Part shown: in pieces, positions 22,475-36,074 of the stretch | Numbering within the stretch: position 1 is the stretch's first letter | How the letters are laid out: each line of letters begins with the position of its first letter | NCBI GenBank assembly: GCA_963758635.1 | Contig: CAVWWD010000008.1 | Coordinates: 448,001 to 512,000 of the forward strand | Direction of reading: 5' to 3' | Length of the DNA: 64,000 nucleotides | DNA from: an uncultured Candidatus Rokubacteria bacterium | Lineage (GTDB): Bacteria > Methylomirabilota > Methylomirabilia > Rokubacteriales > CSP1-6 | The notes under the pieces: model-generated | Databases searched by the model: none | Told to the model about the DNA's origin: nothing | Seen by the model: the letters and a program-made list of their open reading frames with translations, nothing else | Position numbers and translations under genes: made by a program

Positions 22475-23159
22475 AGGTCTTTCGCTGGGCTCCCGGCGCG
22501 CGGGAGCGCGTGGACGCCTTCGAGGTGGCGCCGCGGGAGGGGCTGACCGTGCTCGACGCCCTCGTGGAGGTCCAGCGCGGGAGCGATCCCACGCTCGCCT
22601 TCCGGTACGCGTGCCGGGTGGGGATGTGCGGCTCCTGCGCGATGGTCATCGACGGGCGCGAGCGCTGGGCGTGCCGGACGCTCGTGGCCCGCCTCGGCGC
22701 GGTCGTGACGGTGCGGCCGCTCTACCACTTCCCGCTGATCCGCGATCTCGTCGTCGACATGACGCCGTTCACCGCGCGCATGCGCCTGGCCGGCGCGGCC
22801 TTCGTGCCCTCCGACACGCCCGAGCCCGAGTTCGCCCGGTGGGCCGCGACAGCGCGGAGCGCCGCGCCATCGACGCCGCCGTCGAGTGCATCGGCTGCGG
22901 CATGTGCCTGTCGGCCTGCACGATGGTCGGCCACAACCCGCGGTTTCCCGGGCCCGCCGCCCTCAACCGCGCCTTCACCCTCCAGATGGACAGCCGCGAT
23001 GGCGCCCACGGGGAGCGCGCCACCCTGCTCCTGTCGGAAGACGCGCTCCTTCGTTGCCACACCCAGGCCAACTGCACGGCCGTCTGCCCGATGGACATCT
23101 CACCCACGGAATCGATCCTCACGCTGCGCCGCCGAGCCGCGCTGGGACGGGAGGCCTGA
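22465..23159 (+). CDS. SdhB/FrdB-like iron-sulfur subunit, frameshift near 22835
   Basis: CRVGMCGSC..C (2Fe-2S), CIGCGMCLSAC (4Fe-4S), CHTQANCTAVCP (3Fe-4S). Confidence 0.9.
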
Positions 23160-23222
23160 TCGAGATCACCATGCCGCGGGACGAGGCTCGGGGGGATCCT
23201 GGCGAGATCAGCGCCGGCCCGA

Positions 23223-23251
23223 TTGACGCTTCGGGAGGGCCATGTTACGGT
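23223..23251 (+). promoter_or_regulatory. Sigma70 promoter of the TCA operon
   Basis: TTGACG-17 nt-TACGGT with TGn extension. Confidence 0.55.
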
Positions 23252-23253
23252 AA

Positions 23254-24428
<1,175 letters not shown>

Positions 24429-24431
24429 CCC

Positions 24432-25274
24432 ATGCGTGACATTCACGTCAGCGGCATCACCGACGCGGTCAAGAAGCTCTGCATGGAGGCGAACTACGAC
24501 CTCGAGCCGGACATGCTGCGCGCCTTCGACCGCGCGCTGGCGACCGAGCGCTCGCCGGCCGGCCGCCAGGTGCTGCAGATCCTCCAGGACAACGCCCGCC
24601 TCGCGCGGACCAAGCACATCCCGTACTGCCAGGACACCGGCTTCGTCGTGTGCTTCGTCGAGGTCGGACAGGACGTCCACGTCAGCGGGGGCGGGCTGGT
24701 CGACGCCATCAACGAGGGCGTGCGGCAGGGTTACACCGAGGGCTATCTCCGCGCCTCCATCGTCAAGTCGCCGTTCGACCGCGTGAACACGGGTGACAAC
24801 ACGCCCGCCGTGATCCACCCCGAGGTCGTGCCCGGCGACGCGCTCCGGATCCAGATCATGGCCAAGGGCGGCGGCTGCGAGAACCGCTCGAAGTACAAGA
24901 TGCTGACGCCGGCCGAGGGCATCGAGGGCGTGAAGGAGTGGATCATCGAGTGCGTGCGGACGGCGGGGCCGGATGCCTGCCCGCCGCTGGTGATCGGGGC
25001 CGGGGTGGGAGGCACGTTCGAGAAGGCGGCCCTCCTGTCCAAGAAGGCGCTCTTCCGGGAGCTCGGCTCTCCCAACCCCGATCCCGTGATCGACGCGCTG
25101 GAGAAGGAGCTGCTCGAGCGGGCGAATCGCCTCGGCATCGGCCCCCAGGGCTACGGCGGCGACACCACCGCGTTCGGGATCCACATCCTCGCGTACCCCT
25201 GCCACATCACGAGCCTTCCCGTGGCCGTCACCATCGAGTGCCACGCGCACCGGCACAAGGAAGTCACGCTTTGA
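24432..25274 (+). CDS. Class I fumarate hydratase alpha subunit
   Basis: CQDTG, LRASIV, KGGGCEN, ACPP, CHAHRH; lies in the TCA operon. Confidence 0.92.
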   Translation: MRDIHVSGITDAVKKLCMEANYDLEPDMLRAFDRALATERSPAGRQVLQILQDNARLARTKHIPYCQDTGFVVCFVEVGQDVHVSGGGLVDAINEGVRQGYTEGYLRASIVKSPFDRVNTGDNTPAVIHPEVVPGDALRIQIMAKGGGCENRSKYKMLTPAEGIEGVKEWIIECVRTAGPDACPPLVIGAGVGGTFEKAALLSKKALFRELGSPNPDPVIDALEKELLERANRLGIGPQGYGGDTTAFGIHILAYPCHITSLPVAVTIECHAHRHKEVTL

Positions 25275-25849
25275 TCCGCGCCGGCGCCGACGGCGTCAAG
25301 GACATCGAGACGCCGCTGTCCGACGGCGACGTCGAGTCGCTACGGGCGGGGGACCGGGTCAGGATCACGGGGGTGCTCTACACCGCCCGTGACGCCGCCC
25401 ATGCGCGGCTCATGCCCCTCATGGAGGCGGGCCAGCCGCTGCCCTTCGACGTGCGCGGACAGATCATCTACTACACGGGTCCCTCGCCGGCGCGGCCGGG
25501 CGACGTGGTGGGCTCGGTGGGCCCGACCACCGGGGGGCGCATGGACAAGTTCACGCCGAAGCTCCTCGCCCTCGGTCTCAAGGGCACGATCGGCAAGGGC
25601 GCTCGCTCCCAGCCCGTGAAGGATGCGTTGCGCGCGCACACCGGCGTCTACTTCGGCGCCATCGGGGGGGCGGGGGCCGTGCTGTCGCAGTTCGTCCGGA
25701 AGCTCGAGGTCGTCGCCTACGAGGACCTCGGCACGGAGGCCATCCGCCGGCTCGAGGTGGAGGGCTTCCCCGCCATCGTGGTCAACGACTGCCACGGGGG
25801 CGACCTGTACCAGGACGGCGTCAAGGCCTACGCGCGCGAAGGCGCGTGA
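25271..25849 (+). CDS. Class I fumarate hydratase beta subunit
   Basis: [30 protein letters not shown] start overlapping the upstream stop (start uncertain). Confidence 0.9.
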   Translation: MIRAGADGVKDIETPLSDGDVESLRAGDRVRITGVLYTARDAAHARLMPLMEAGQPLPFDVRGQIIYYTGPSPARPGDVVGSVGPTTGGRMDKFTPKLLALGLKGTIGKGARSQPVKDALRAHTGVYFGAIGGAGAVLSQFVRKLEVVAYEDLGTEAIRRLEVEGFPAIVVNDCHGGDLYQDGVKAYAREGA

Positions 25850-25871
25850 GGACAACGGGGGACCACGGGAC

Positions 25872-27615
25872 ATGGCGGACGAGGCAGCGTACTCCCACGA
25901 CGTCTCTGATCATCGGAGGCGGGGGAGCCGGCCTCCGCGCCGCCATCGCCATCGCGGAAGAGGCCCCGCGCCTGTCCGTGGCCATCCTCTCCAAGGTGTA
26001 CCCGATGCGGAGCCACACCGTGTCCGCGGAGGGCGGGGCGGCCGCGGTGATGCGAGACAACGACAGCTTCGAGATCCACGCCAAGGACACCATCTTCGGC
26101 AGCGACTTCCTCGCCGACCAGGACGTGGTGTGGGCCTTCGTCCAGGAAGCGCCGAAGGAGATGATCCAGATCGAGCACTGGGGCTGCCCGTGGAGCCGCG
26201 AGCCCGACGGGCGGGTCGCCGTGCGCTCCTTCGGGGGCATGACCGTCGACCGCACGTGCTTCGCCGCGGACAAGACGGGCTTCCACATGCTCCACGCGCT
26301 CTTCCAGACCTCGCTCAAGTTTTCGAGCATCGTTCGCTACGACGAGTGGTTCGCCACCTCGCTCATCGTGGACGACGGCGTGGCGGGCGGGGTGGTCGCG
26401 GTGAGCGTCCACGACGGCAGCGTGCGCGCCATCACCGCGAAGGCCGTCATCGTGTGCACGGGCGGGGGCGGGCGGGTGTACCCGTTCACGACCAACGCCG
26501 CCATCAAGACGGGCGACGGGATGGCCCTCTGCTATCGCGCGGGGGTGCCGCTCAAGGACATGGAGTTCGTCCAGTATCACCCGACCGGCCTTCCCGGCAC
26601 GGGCATCCTCATCACGGAGGCGTCACGCGGGGAGGGCGGCCACCTCAAGAACAAGGACGGCTATCGGTACCTCCAGGACTACGGCCTCGGCCCGCCCACC
26701 GACAGCCCGGTGCACCGGAAGATGGAGCTGGGGCCGCGCGACATCCTGTCCCGCTGCCACATCCAGGAGTTCCAGAAGGGGCGGACGTTCGAGGGGCCGC
26801 ACGGACACTACGTGCACCTGGACCTCCGCCACCTCGGCGAGGAGAAGATCGACCGGAAGATCCCGTTCGTGCGGGAGCTCGCCCGGAACTACGTGGGCAT
26901 CGACCCCGTGTACGAGCCGATCCCCGTGCGGCCGGTCGTCCACTACATGATGGGCGGCGTCTCCACCGACATCAACGGCAAGACGATCCTCGACGGCCTC
27001 TGGGCGGCGGGCGAGACGGCGTGCGTGTCCCTGAACGGGGCCAACCGGCTCGGCTCCAACTCGCTGCCCGAGCTGCTCGTGTTCGGGGCGCGCGCGGGCC
27101 GCACCGCCGCCGCCTACGCCCAGGGGAAGGCCGCGCCCAAGGGGAGCCGGGTCGCCGCCCTCGTCGCCGACGAGCGCAAGCGCCTGGACACGCGCTTCCT
27201 GCGCGCCGACGGCCCGGAGCGCATCGCCGACATCCGGGAGACGCTGCAGGCGTCGATGGAGAAGGGCGTCGGGATCTACCGGGAGAAGGGCCTGATGCAG
27301 GAGACGTGCGCGACGGTGCGCACGCTGCGCGACCGCTTCAAGCGCATCGGCCTCGCCGACCGGGGCGCCGTGTTCAACACGGAGCTGCTGACCGCGCTGG
27401 AGCTCGACAGCATGCTCGACGTGGCGGAGGCGGTGGCCAACTCCGCCGTCCTCCGGGAAGAGTCGAGGGGATCGCACACGCGCACCGACTTCCCCAAGCG
27501 CGACGACACGAAGTTCCTCCGGCACTCACTGGCCTACCGCGGGCCGGACGGCCCACGGATCGACTATCTGCCGGTGACGATCACCCGCTGGGCGCCCGAA
27601 GAGCGGAAGTACTAG
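25872..27615 (+). CDS. frdA: Fumarate reductase/succinate dehydrogenase flavoprotein, frameshift near 25905
   Basis: [16 protein letters not shown] (covalent-FAD His), [29 protein letters not shown]. Confidence 0.9.
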
Positions 27616-27707
27616 CGGCGGACGGGGCATGAGCGGGTTCACCGGACCTGCGGCCGGTACCGGGTCCACGATCGCTCACGAATGATGCGGACAGGTGAGG
27701 AGGCCCG

Positions 27708-28455
27708 ATGACCGAAGAGACGATCACCCTCGAAGTGAGCCGCTACCGGCCGGGGGAGGATCGCGAGCCCCGGCTGCAGTCCTTCTCCGTGCCGTTCCAC
27801 AAGGACTGGGTGGTGCTCGACGCCCTCAACTACATCAAGGACCGGCTGGACGGCACCCTCACCTACCGGTGGTCGTGCCGCATGGGCGTGTGCGGCAGCT
27901 GCGGCATGATGGTGAACGGCGTGCCCAAGCTCACCTGCTCGGCGTTCCTGCGCGACTACCACCCGGGCCCGATCCGCGTGGAGCCCCTCGCCAACTTCCC
28001 GGTGATCCGTGACGTCGTGGTGTCGATCGACGACTTCATGGAGAAGCTCGTGCGGGTCAAGCCGTGGATCATCCGGCAGGTCGAGAAGCCGGTGGAGGAG
28101 GGCGAGTACCGCCAGAGCCCCGCCCAGCTCGACGCCTTCCGGCAGTTCAGCATGTGCATCAACTGCTTGCTCTGCTACGCGGCGTGCCCGGTGTACGGCC
28201 TCCAGCCCGCCTTCGTGGGGCCGGCGGCGATCGCGCTGGCCTATCGCTACAACCTGGACTCGCGCGACGAGGGCTACCGCCTGCGCGAGCCCGTGCTCTC
28301 CGACGCCGTCGGCGTATGGGAGTGCACGTTCATCGGCGAGTGCTCGGTGGTGTGCCCGAAGCACGTCGACCCCGCGGCGGCCATCCAGCGGTCGAAGGTG
28401 GACGGGGCCAAGAACTGGGCGCTCTCGATGCTCATGCCGTGGAGGGGGCCGGTGA
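27708..28455 (+). CDS. frdB: Fumarate reductase iron-sulfur subunit
   Basis: [46 protein letters not shown]; the likely stop TGA 28453-55 is out of frame after a G run. Confidence 0.9.
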
Positions 28456-28868
28456 TGGCCACGCACACGACGCCGCAACGTCCCGGCCTCTACTACCCGA
28501 AGATGTCCAACACGTGGTGGCTCAAGCGGCCGAACTACGTCCGCTTCATGATCCGCGAGGCGACGAGCATCTTCGTCGCCGCGTTCCTGGTCGTGCTGCT
28601 CGTGCAGCTCGCCAAGCTCGGGCAGGGACCGGCGGCCTACGCGGACTTCCTCCGGACGCTCGCCTCCCCCGGGTGGATCGCCTTCCACCTGGTGGCCCTC
28701 GCCTTCGCCGTCTACCATTCGTGGACGTGGTTCATGCTCACCGGGGTGGTCCAGGTCGTGAGGCTCGGCGAGACCCAGGTGGCGCCCGGCCTCATCGTGG
28801 CGGGCGCCCTCGCGGGGTGGGGCGGCGTGTCGCTCGTCATCCTCTTCTTCTTCCACCTCTGGGCCTGA
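28455..28868 (+). CDS. frdC: Fumarate reductase membrane subunit C
   Basis: [24 protein letters not shown]; 3 TM. Confidence 0.88.
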   Translation: MATHTTPQRPGLYYPKMSNTWWLKRPNYVRFMIREATSIFVAAFLVVLLVQLAKLGQGPAAYADFLRTLASPGWIAFHLVALAFAVYHSWTWFMLTGVVQVVRLGETQVAPGLIVAGALAGWGGVSLVILFFFHLWA

Positions 28869-28871
28869 GCC

Positions 28872-29216
28872 ATGACGACCAAGACGATGGAGCCGTTCTG
28901 GTGGAGCCTGTTCTCGGTGGGCGGCGTCGTCGCCGCCTTCCTCGTGCCCGTCCACATCATCGTTCACGCCATCGCCATTCCCCTCGGCCTGATCCCGGTG
29001 AGCCCCGAGCGCATGGCCACCCTGGTCGCCCACCCGCTCGTCAAGCTCTACCTGTTCGTGCTGATCGCGCTCCCGCTGTACCACTGGGCGCATCGGTTCC
29101 GCTTCATCCTGGAGGATCTGGGCCTGCACGGGTTCCGCCGGCCGCTCGCCGTCCTGTGCTACGGGCTGGCCATCGCCGGGACCGTGGTGACCGTGCTGGT
29201 GTTGATCAACCTGTGA
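28872..29216 (+). CDS. frdD: Fumarate reductase membrane subunit D
   Basis: EPFWWSLFSVGG, HWAHRFRFILEDLG, LCYGLA. Confidence 0.9.
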   Translation: MTTKTMEPFWWSLFSVGGVVAAFLVPVHIIVHAIAIPLGLIPVSPERMATLVAHPLVKLYLFVLIALPLYHWAHRFRFILEDLGLHGFRRPLAVLCYGLAIAGTVVTVLVLINL

Positions 29217-29253
29217 GAGCGCCCGCCCCGGACGACCGCGCGGGCGGCCAGGC

Positions 29254-30422
<1,169 letters not shown>

Positions 30423-30426
<4 letters not shown>

Positions 30427-31301
30427 GCATCCTCGTCGACCGGCGCACCCGCGTCCTGGTGCAGGGCATCACCGGCAAGGAGGGCACCTTCCACGCCCTC
30501 CGCTGCAAGGAGTACGGGACGCAGGTCGTGGGCGGGGTGACGCCGGGCAAGGGCGGCACCACCCACGAGGGGTTGCCCGTGTGGAACACCGTCGAGGAAG
30601 CGGTGGCCGCGTCTGGCGCCGATTGCGCCCTGATCTTCGTGCCCCCCGCGGGAGCGGCCGACGCCATGATGGAGGCCGCCGACGCCGGCGTGCCGCTCGT
30701 CGTGTGCATCACGGAGGGCGTGCCCATCGCCGACATGGTACGGGTCAAGGCCTTCGTGTCTCGGACGGGGAGCCGCCTGATCGGCCCGAACTGCCCCGGC
30801 CTGATCACGCCGGGCCAGGCGAAGATCGGGATCATGCCTGGGCACATCCACAAGGTGGGCGGCGTCGGCGTCGTGTCGCGGAGCGGCACGCTGACCTACG
30901 AGGTGGTCCACCAGCTCACGACCCGCGGCCTCGGGCAGTCGAGCTGCGTGGGGATCGGCGGCGACCCCGTCAACGGCACCAGCTTCATCGACGTGCTCCG
31001 GCTCCTCCAGGACGATCCCGAGACCACCGCCATCATGATGATCGGCGAGATCGGCGGCACCGCCGAGGAGGAGGCCGCCGCCTTCATCCGCGCCCACGTC
31101 ACCAAGCCAGTGGTCGGCTTCATCTGCGGCCAGACCGCGCCGCCCGGCCGTCGCATGGGCCACGCCGGCGCCATCATCGCGGGCGGAAAGGGCACGGCGG
31201 CCGAGAAGATGCGCGCGATGGAAGCGGCCGGCATCACCACCGTCACGAGCCCCGCCGACATGGGCGCCACCGTGGCGCGCGTGCTGGCCGACAAGAGATA
31301 G
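30423..31301 (+). CDS. sucD: Succinyl-CoA ligase alpha subunit
   Basis: [41 protein letters not shown] overlap. Confidence 0.97.
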
Positions 31302-31381
31302 TCGCCCAACGGTTGACTTGCCCGACCGTCGGGCGCCGGAGGCTCTGCGCAGGCGCCCCGACGGCGAAAGAGAAAAGATCC

Positions 31382-31807
31382 ATGCCCCTCGAACGCACGC
31401 TGACCATCATCAAGCCCGACGCCGTCGCGAAGAACGCCATCGGAGGCATCGTCGATCGCTTCGAGCGCGCCGGCTTCAAGATCCTGGCCGCCAAGCTCGT
31501 GCGCCTCACCGCCGAGCAGGCCGCGGGCTTCTACATCGTCCACAAGGAGCGGCCGTTCTACGGCAGCCTGTGCGCGTTCATGACGTCGGGCCCCTGCGTG
31601 CCCATCGTCCTCGAGGCCGACAACGCCATCGCCCGCCTGCGGGAGCTGATGGGCGCCACCGATCCCGCGAAGGCCGCCGCCGGGACCATCCGGAAGGACT
31701 TCGCCTCTTCGATCGAGGCCAACGCCGTGCACGGCTCGGATTCGCCGGAGTCCGCCGCGTTCGAGATCCCGTATTTCTTCAGCGCCCAGGAGATCGTGTC
31801 CCGCTAG
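31382..31807 (+). CDS. ndk: Nucleoside diphosphate kinase
   Basis: [25 protein letters not shown]. Confidence 0.97.
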   Translation: MPLERTLTIIKPDAVAKNAIGGIVDRFERAGFKILAAKLVRLTAEQAAGFYIVHKERPFYGSLCAFMTSGPCVPIVLEADNAIARLRELMGATDPAKAAAGTIRKDFASSIEANAVHGSDSPESAAFEIPYFFSAQEIVSR

Positions 31808-31949
31808 GACACCCGGAGGGGGCTCTGTCCGGGACCTCGGCCCCTCGACACGTGGCACAGCGCACGGGCATCCTCCGCCCGGGCGCCTGCGCCCACCCGT
31901 CCGGACGGCGGCAGGGTGCGGGCGGGCAAAGCCCGCGCGCCCGCACCTG

Positions 31950-32450
31950 ATGGACCCCGACTTCCACCCGGCGATCCTCGGAACGCGGCAGCGGGTGATC
32001 GCGGGGGTCGTGGCGCTCGGGCTCGCCATCGGCGTCCCCATCGTCACGTCGGCCTGGCTCGTCGCCGTCACCGCCGATCCCGTCTTCGTGATCTTCCCGC
32101 TCCCGTTCATCGGGGCGGTGTGGCTGATCCAGGGCCTGGCGCCGACCGGCTACCGCTTCGAGGACCGGGGCGTCAGGATCGAGCGCCGCTGGCTATCGCG
32201 CCGGCTCCCCTACTCGGCGATCCGCGACGTCGACCGGGTCGCGCGGCCCATCGGCGGGCTCCTCGCCCTCGGCCTCAACGGGCTGTTCGGGGCCTGGGGG
32301 CTCCGGTGGAACCGGCGCACGGGGCTCCACTACCTGGCCATCGCGAATACGCGCGACCTCGTGTTCCTGCACACGGTCAACGGGCTCCTCGTGTTCTCGC
32401 CCGAGCGCCCCGACGAGTTCGTGGCCCAGATCCGCCGGCGCCTCCCGTAG
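31950..32450 (+). CDS. Membrane protein with bacterial PH domain
   Basis: Two N-terminal TM helices, GLNGLFGAWG, SPERPDEFV. Confidence 0.7.
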   Translation: MDPDFHPAILGTRQRVIAGVVALGLAIGVPIVTSAWLVAVTADPVFVIFPLPFIGAVWLIQGLAPTGYRFEDRGVRIERRWLSRRLPYSAIRDVDRVARPIGGLLALGLNGLFGAWGLRWNRRTGLHYLAIANTRDLVFLHTVNGLLVFSPERPDEFVAQIRRRLP

Positions 32451-32501
32451 TGCGAAGCGAGCCGCTGAGGCGAAGCGGCCGAAGGCGAGCGGAGCGCACA
32501 T

Positions 32502-32700
32502 GGAAATGCAGTGGAAACAACCCCAGGGGGTCGCCGCGACCGAGTGGGATGCCGTGGACCCAACCCCAGGGGGCCGCCGCGACCGAGTGGGAAATGCCGT
32601 GGACCCAACCCCAGGGGGCCGCCGCGACCGAGTGGGAAATGCCGTGGACCCAACCCCAGGGGGCCGCCGCGACCGAGTGGGAAATGCCGTGGACCCAACC
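32502..32700. repeat. Tandem array of a 45-bp unit, ~4.5 copies
   Basis: Unit GGAAATGCCGTGGACCCAACCCCAGGGGGCCGCCGCGACCGAGTG; first copy diverged, second lacks 2 nt, last partial. Confidence 0.95.
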
Positions 32701-32715
32701 GGGGCGAGGACGCCG

Positions 32716-33420
32716 TCAGCTCCCGTCCTTGCGGGCGAGCGCCCAGACGGAGACGGGGAACGAGGGCTCGTTCCGGAGCGAGCGCCACCAGCGCCAGGAC
32801 GCCCACCGGGAGAAGTTGGCCTTGACGGCGGCGCGATTGCCCCAGGAGGCGGTGCGGACGCCCTCGAAGGGGAAGCCGCACTCGGCGAGGAAGTGCTTGA
32901 GCCCCAGCTCGGTCCAGCGCGAGCAGTCCACGGGATAGTCGTGCACGCGGATCAGGAACGGCGTCGTCACCAGGAAGTACCCGCCGGGCCGCAGCATGGC
33001 GTGGACGTTCCGCCCGGCGCGGTACGGCCACAGGAGGTGCTCGAACACCTGATCGGCCACGATCACGTTGAAGCTCCGCTCGAGACGGTCGCGGCACACG
33101 TCGAAGTCGGGGTAGCCCACGCGCTCGACCGAACGGAAGCCGAGATGCATGAACGGGTCGGCGTCGGGCTCCTCCGGGGAGATCTCGAGGAGGTCCAGCG
33201 TCTCCGGGCGGAGCGCGCGCAGCCACGCCGCGCACTCGCGATACATGACCACGCGCACCCACTGCGGGTGGAAGAACGGCATCCCGACCTCGCTGGCGAG
33301 GCGTCGCGACATCCAGTGGCCATAGAGCGCGAAGGGCAGGAGGCCCGAGCGCACGCCGAGGCGCGCGGTGGTGAGGGCCCAGCGGACCGGCCCGGGATGG
33401 GCGCGGGCGAGGGCGGCCAT
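32716..33420 (-). CDS. Class I SAM-dependent methyltransferase-like protein
   Basis: LEISP, YPDFD, DQVFEHL, LRPGGYFLVTTPF, HDYPVDCSRWT; start uncertain. Confidence 0.8.
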   Translation of the reverse strand: MAALARAHPGPVRWALTTARLGVRSGLLPFALYGHWMSRRLASEVGMPFFHPQWVRVVMYRECAAWLRALRPETLDLLEISPEEPDADPFMHLGFRSVERVGYPDFDVCRDRLERSFNVIVADQVFEHLLWPYRAGRNVHAMLRPGGYFLVTTPFLIRVHDYPVDCSRWTELGLKHFLAECGFPFEGVRTASWGNRAAVKANFSRWASWRWWRSLRNEPSFPVSVWALARKDGS

Positions 33421-33642
33421 GCGGTCGGAGCGCTTCACGAGGTCCGTGCGCGTGCCCGGCTGGGCATCCTGGCCCGAGCATAGACGATGGCGCGCGAGCC
33501 CGGCAAGCTTCGGGCGCTCGGCGGCGCACATCGTGCCGGGCCGGCGCGCGCGGCTGGACAGCTTCCGCCGGCCCGTGCAAAGATCGGAGCTCGTGACCAT
33601 CGAGACCGCTGTCCGCTCCCGCGCGGAGGACGTGAGGCGTTC

Positions 33643-33996
33643 GTGAGCGGCGTGACCGTCGTCAGCTTCGACATCGACGGCACGCTGGAGGTGGGAGACC
33701 CGCCCGGCATCGTGACCATCGCCATGGTCCGGCGCGCGCAGTCGCTGGGCTACGTCATCGGCAGCTGCTCCGACCGCCCGCTTCGCTACCAGCGCGAGCT
33801 GTGGGAGCGCCTGGTCATCGTGCCCGACTTCACCGTGCTCAAGCACAAGCTGGCCGACGTGCGGGCGCTGTTCCAGGCCGAGACCTACTATCACATCGGC
33901 GACACCGACGTGGACGACTGGATGGCCACGGACGCCGGGTTTCGGTTCCTCCGCGCGGAGGCGGCCCCGCACTGGAGCCCCGGGCTGCTGGCTTGA
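33643..33996 (+). CDS. Small HAD-family hydrolase
   Basis: SFDIDGTL, HIGDTDVD. Confidence 0.8.
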   Translation: MSGVTVVSFDIDGTLEVGDPPGIVTIAMVRRAQSLGYVIGSCSDRPLRYQRELWERLVIVPDFTVLKHKLADVRALFQAETYYHIGDTDVDDWMATDAGFRFLRAEAAPHWSPGLLA

Positions 33997-34026
33997 GTGA
34001 TGCGCCCGCAGGGCGCCCCCTCTGAC

Positions 34027-34142
34027 CCTCTCCCCGCCGGGGAGAGGGTAGGGTGAGGGGCGGTAGCGCAAGCACTCCCGGTCGACCGCCGCTGGTCGTT
34101 CGACCGCCCCTCACCCCAGCCCTCTCCCCGCTGGGGAGAGGG
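34027..34142. repeat. Pair of oppositely oriented REP-like palindromic elements
   Basis: CCCTCTCCCC-GCC-GGGGAGAGGG-TAGGGTGAGGGG and CCCCTCACCCCAG-CCCTCTCCCC-GCT-GGGGAGAGGG between convergent genes; degenerate third copy at 38215-38244. Confidence 0.75.
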
Positions 34143-34149
34143 GGAGGAT

Positions 34150-36074
34150 TCAGAGACGGGGCTCGACGACGGGGAACATCAGCGTGAAGTCGTCGAGGAG
34201 GCCGAACAGCTCGGCCACGCGGTCGGCGGCGCCGTCGACCGCGCACGACCCCGGCGGCCACCGCGTCCGCGAACGTGGTCTCCCGCAGCACGAGGCGGTT
34301 GAGCACGGAGCGCTCGGTCGTGACCGTGGCGTCCGCCGGATCGGCGTGGCGGTCGGGCAAGGCGGTGAGCGCCGAGTTCTCCAGGTTGAGCGCGAACCGC
34401 CGGCCGAGGTCGGGGAACACCCAGTTCAGGACGATGCGCCGGCCCGCGGCGCGCTCGCCGTCGAGACGGATCCCGAGGTAGTCGAAGAACAGCTCGAGGC
34501 TCATGCCCCGGACGATGTCCGGGCTCACCGGCGCCCGCGCCGCCGTCTTCGGGTGCCCCTGGCGCAGCTCGAGGGCCCCGAGCAGGTAGGCGTTGCGCCA
34601 GGTCGCGGACTCCGCGCGGTAGCCGAGCTGCTCGAGGGCGTCGGCGCCGAGGCGGCGGGCCTCCACGTTGCCGGGGTCGGCGAACACGACGTGGCTCATG
34701 GCCTCGGCGACGAAGCGGTACTCGCCCCGCGCGAAGTCCTCCCGGGCCCGCGCGATCGCCGCCGCCGCGCCCCCCATGTACTCGACGTACTTCCGGCCCG
34801 CGCTCCACCGGGGGCAGCGGGCTCGAGGTTCGCCGGGTTGGCGTCGTACCAGCCGAGGTAGCGCTGGTAGACGGCCTTGGCGTTGTGGCTGAGCGTGCCG
34901 TAGTAGCCGCGCACGTGCCAGGTGCGCGGCGAGGCTCGGCGGCCACGCCAGGCGCTCGGCGATCTCCGCCGCGCGCCAGCCGTGGTTCATGAGCCGCACC
35001 GTCTGGTCGTGGAGGTACTTGTAGGCGTCGCGCTGCCGGGCGAGGAAGTCGAGCACGCGCTCGGTGCCCCACACCGGCCAGTGGTGCTGGGCGAACACCA
35101 CGTCGGCGTCGCGCGCGAAGCGGTCGCGCGCCTCGTCGAGGTACTTCGCCCACGCGTTGGCGTCGCGCGCCTGGGCGCCGCGGATCGGGTAGATGTTGTG
35201 GAGGTTGTGCGTCGCGTTCTCGGCCAGGTTCAGCGCGCGCAGCGCCGGGTAGAACATGTGCATCTCCGCCGGCGCCTCCGTCTCCGGCGCGAGCTGGAAC
35301 ACCACCTCGACGCCGTCGATCACGTGCGTCTCGATCGGCGCGGTCAGGACGTCGCGTGGGCGGGATGAGCGTGACGGTGCCGCGCGAGGTCACCTTGCCG
35401 AGCCCGGCGTCGACCTGGCCCCGCGGGCCGCGAGGCAGCGTGGCGCCGAACTGGAACTGGGCGCGGCGCACCATGGCCGTGCCCGCGAGCACGCTCTCCG
35501 AGACCACCTCCTGCATGAACCGGTCGGGCGCGTACACCGGCACGCGGCCCGCCCGCACCTCGGCCTCGTCGAGCACGCCGCGCACGCCGCCGTAGTGGTC
35601 GGTGTGGCTGTGCGTGTAGATCACGGCCGTCACCGGCCGCTCGCCCGCGGTGCCGCGCGTAGAGGTCCAGGCCGGCGCGCGCCACCTCGGTGGAGATCAG
35701 CGGGTCGATCACGATGACGCCGCGCTCCCCCTCGATCAGCGTCATGTTGGAGATGTCGAAGCCGCGCACCTGGTAGATGCGCTCGGCCACCTGGAAGAGG
35801 CCGTGGTGCATGTTGAGCCGGGCCTGGCGCCAGAGGCTCGGGTTCACGGTGGGCGGCGGCTCCGCGGCCTCCAGGAAGCGGTACTCCTCGAGGCTCCAGA
35901 CCACCCGGCCCTGCGGCGTTCCTGATGACCACCTCGGGCAGCGCTGCCGATGAATCCCCGGCGGGCGTCCTCGAAGTCCTGCGTGTCGGCGAAGGGCAGC
36001 GCGCCCAGCACCGCGCGGTTGTGCGCGGCGGTCTGCGGGGTGGCGTCCTGCGGCTCGGGCGCGGGCGCGCTCAT
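34150..36074 (-). CDS. Alkyl/aryl sulfatase (SdsA1/BDS1-like, MBL fold + SCP2), multiple frameshifts
   Basis: [62 protein letters not shown]. Confidence 0.9.

Noticed and set aside
27708..28868. FrdB-FrdC fusion protein (386-aa ORF)
   Set aside because: Removing one G from the run at 28444-48 restores a stop overlapping the frdC ATG (TGATG); likely homopolymer error
32502..32700. CRISPR array
   Set aside because: Units are contiguous and near-identical with no unique spacers; no cas genes in the window
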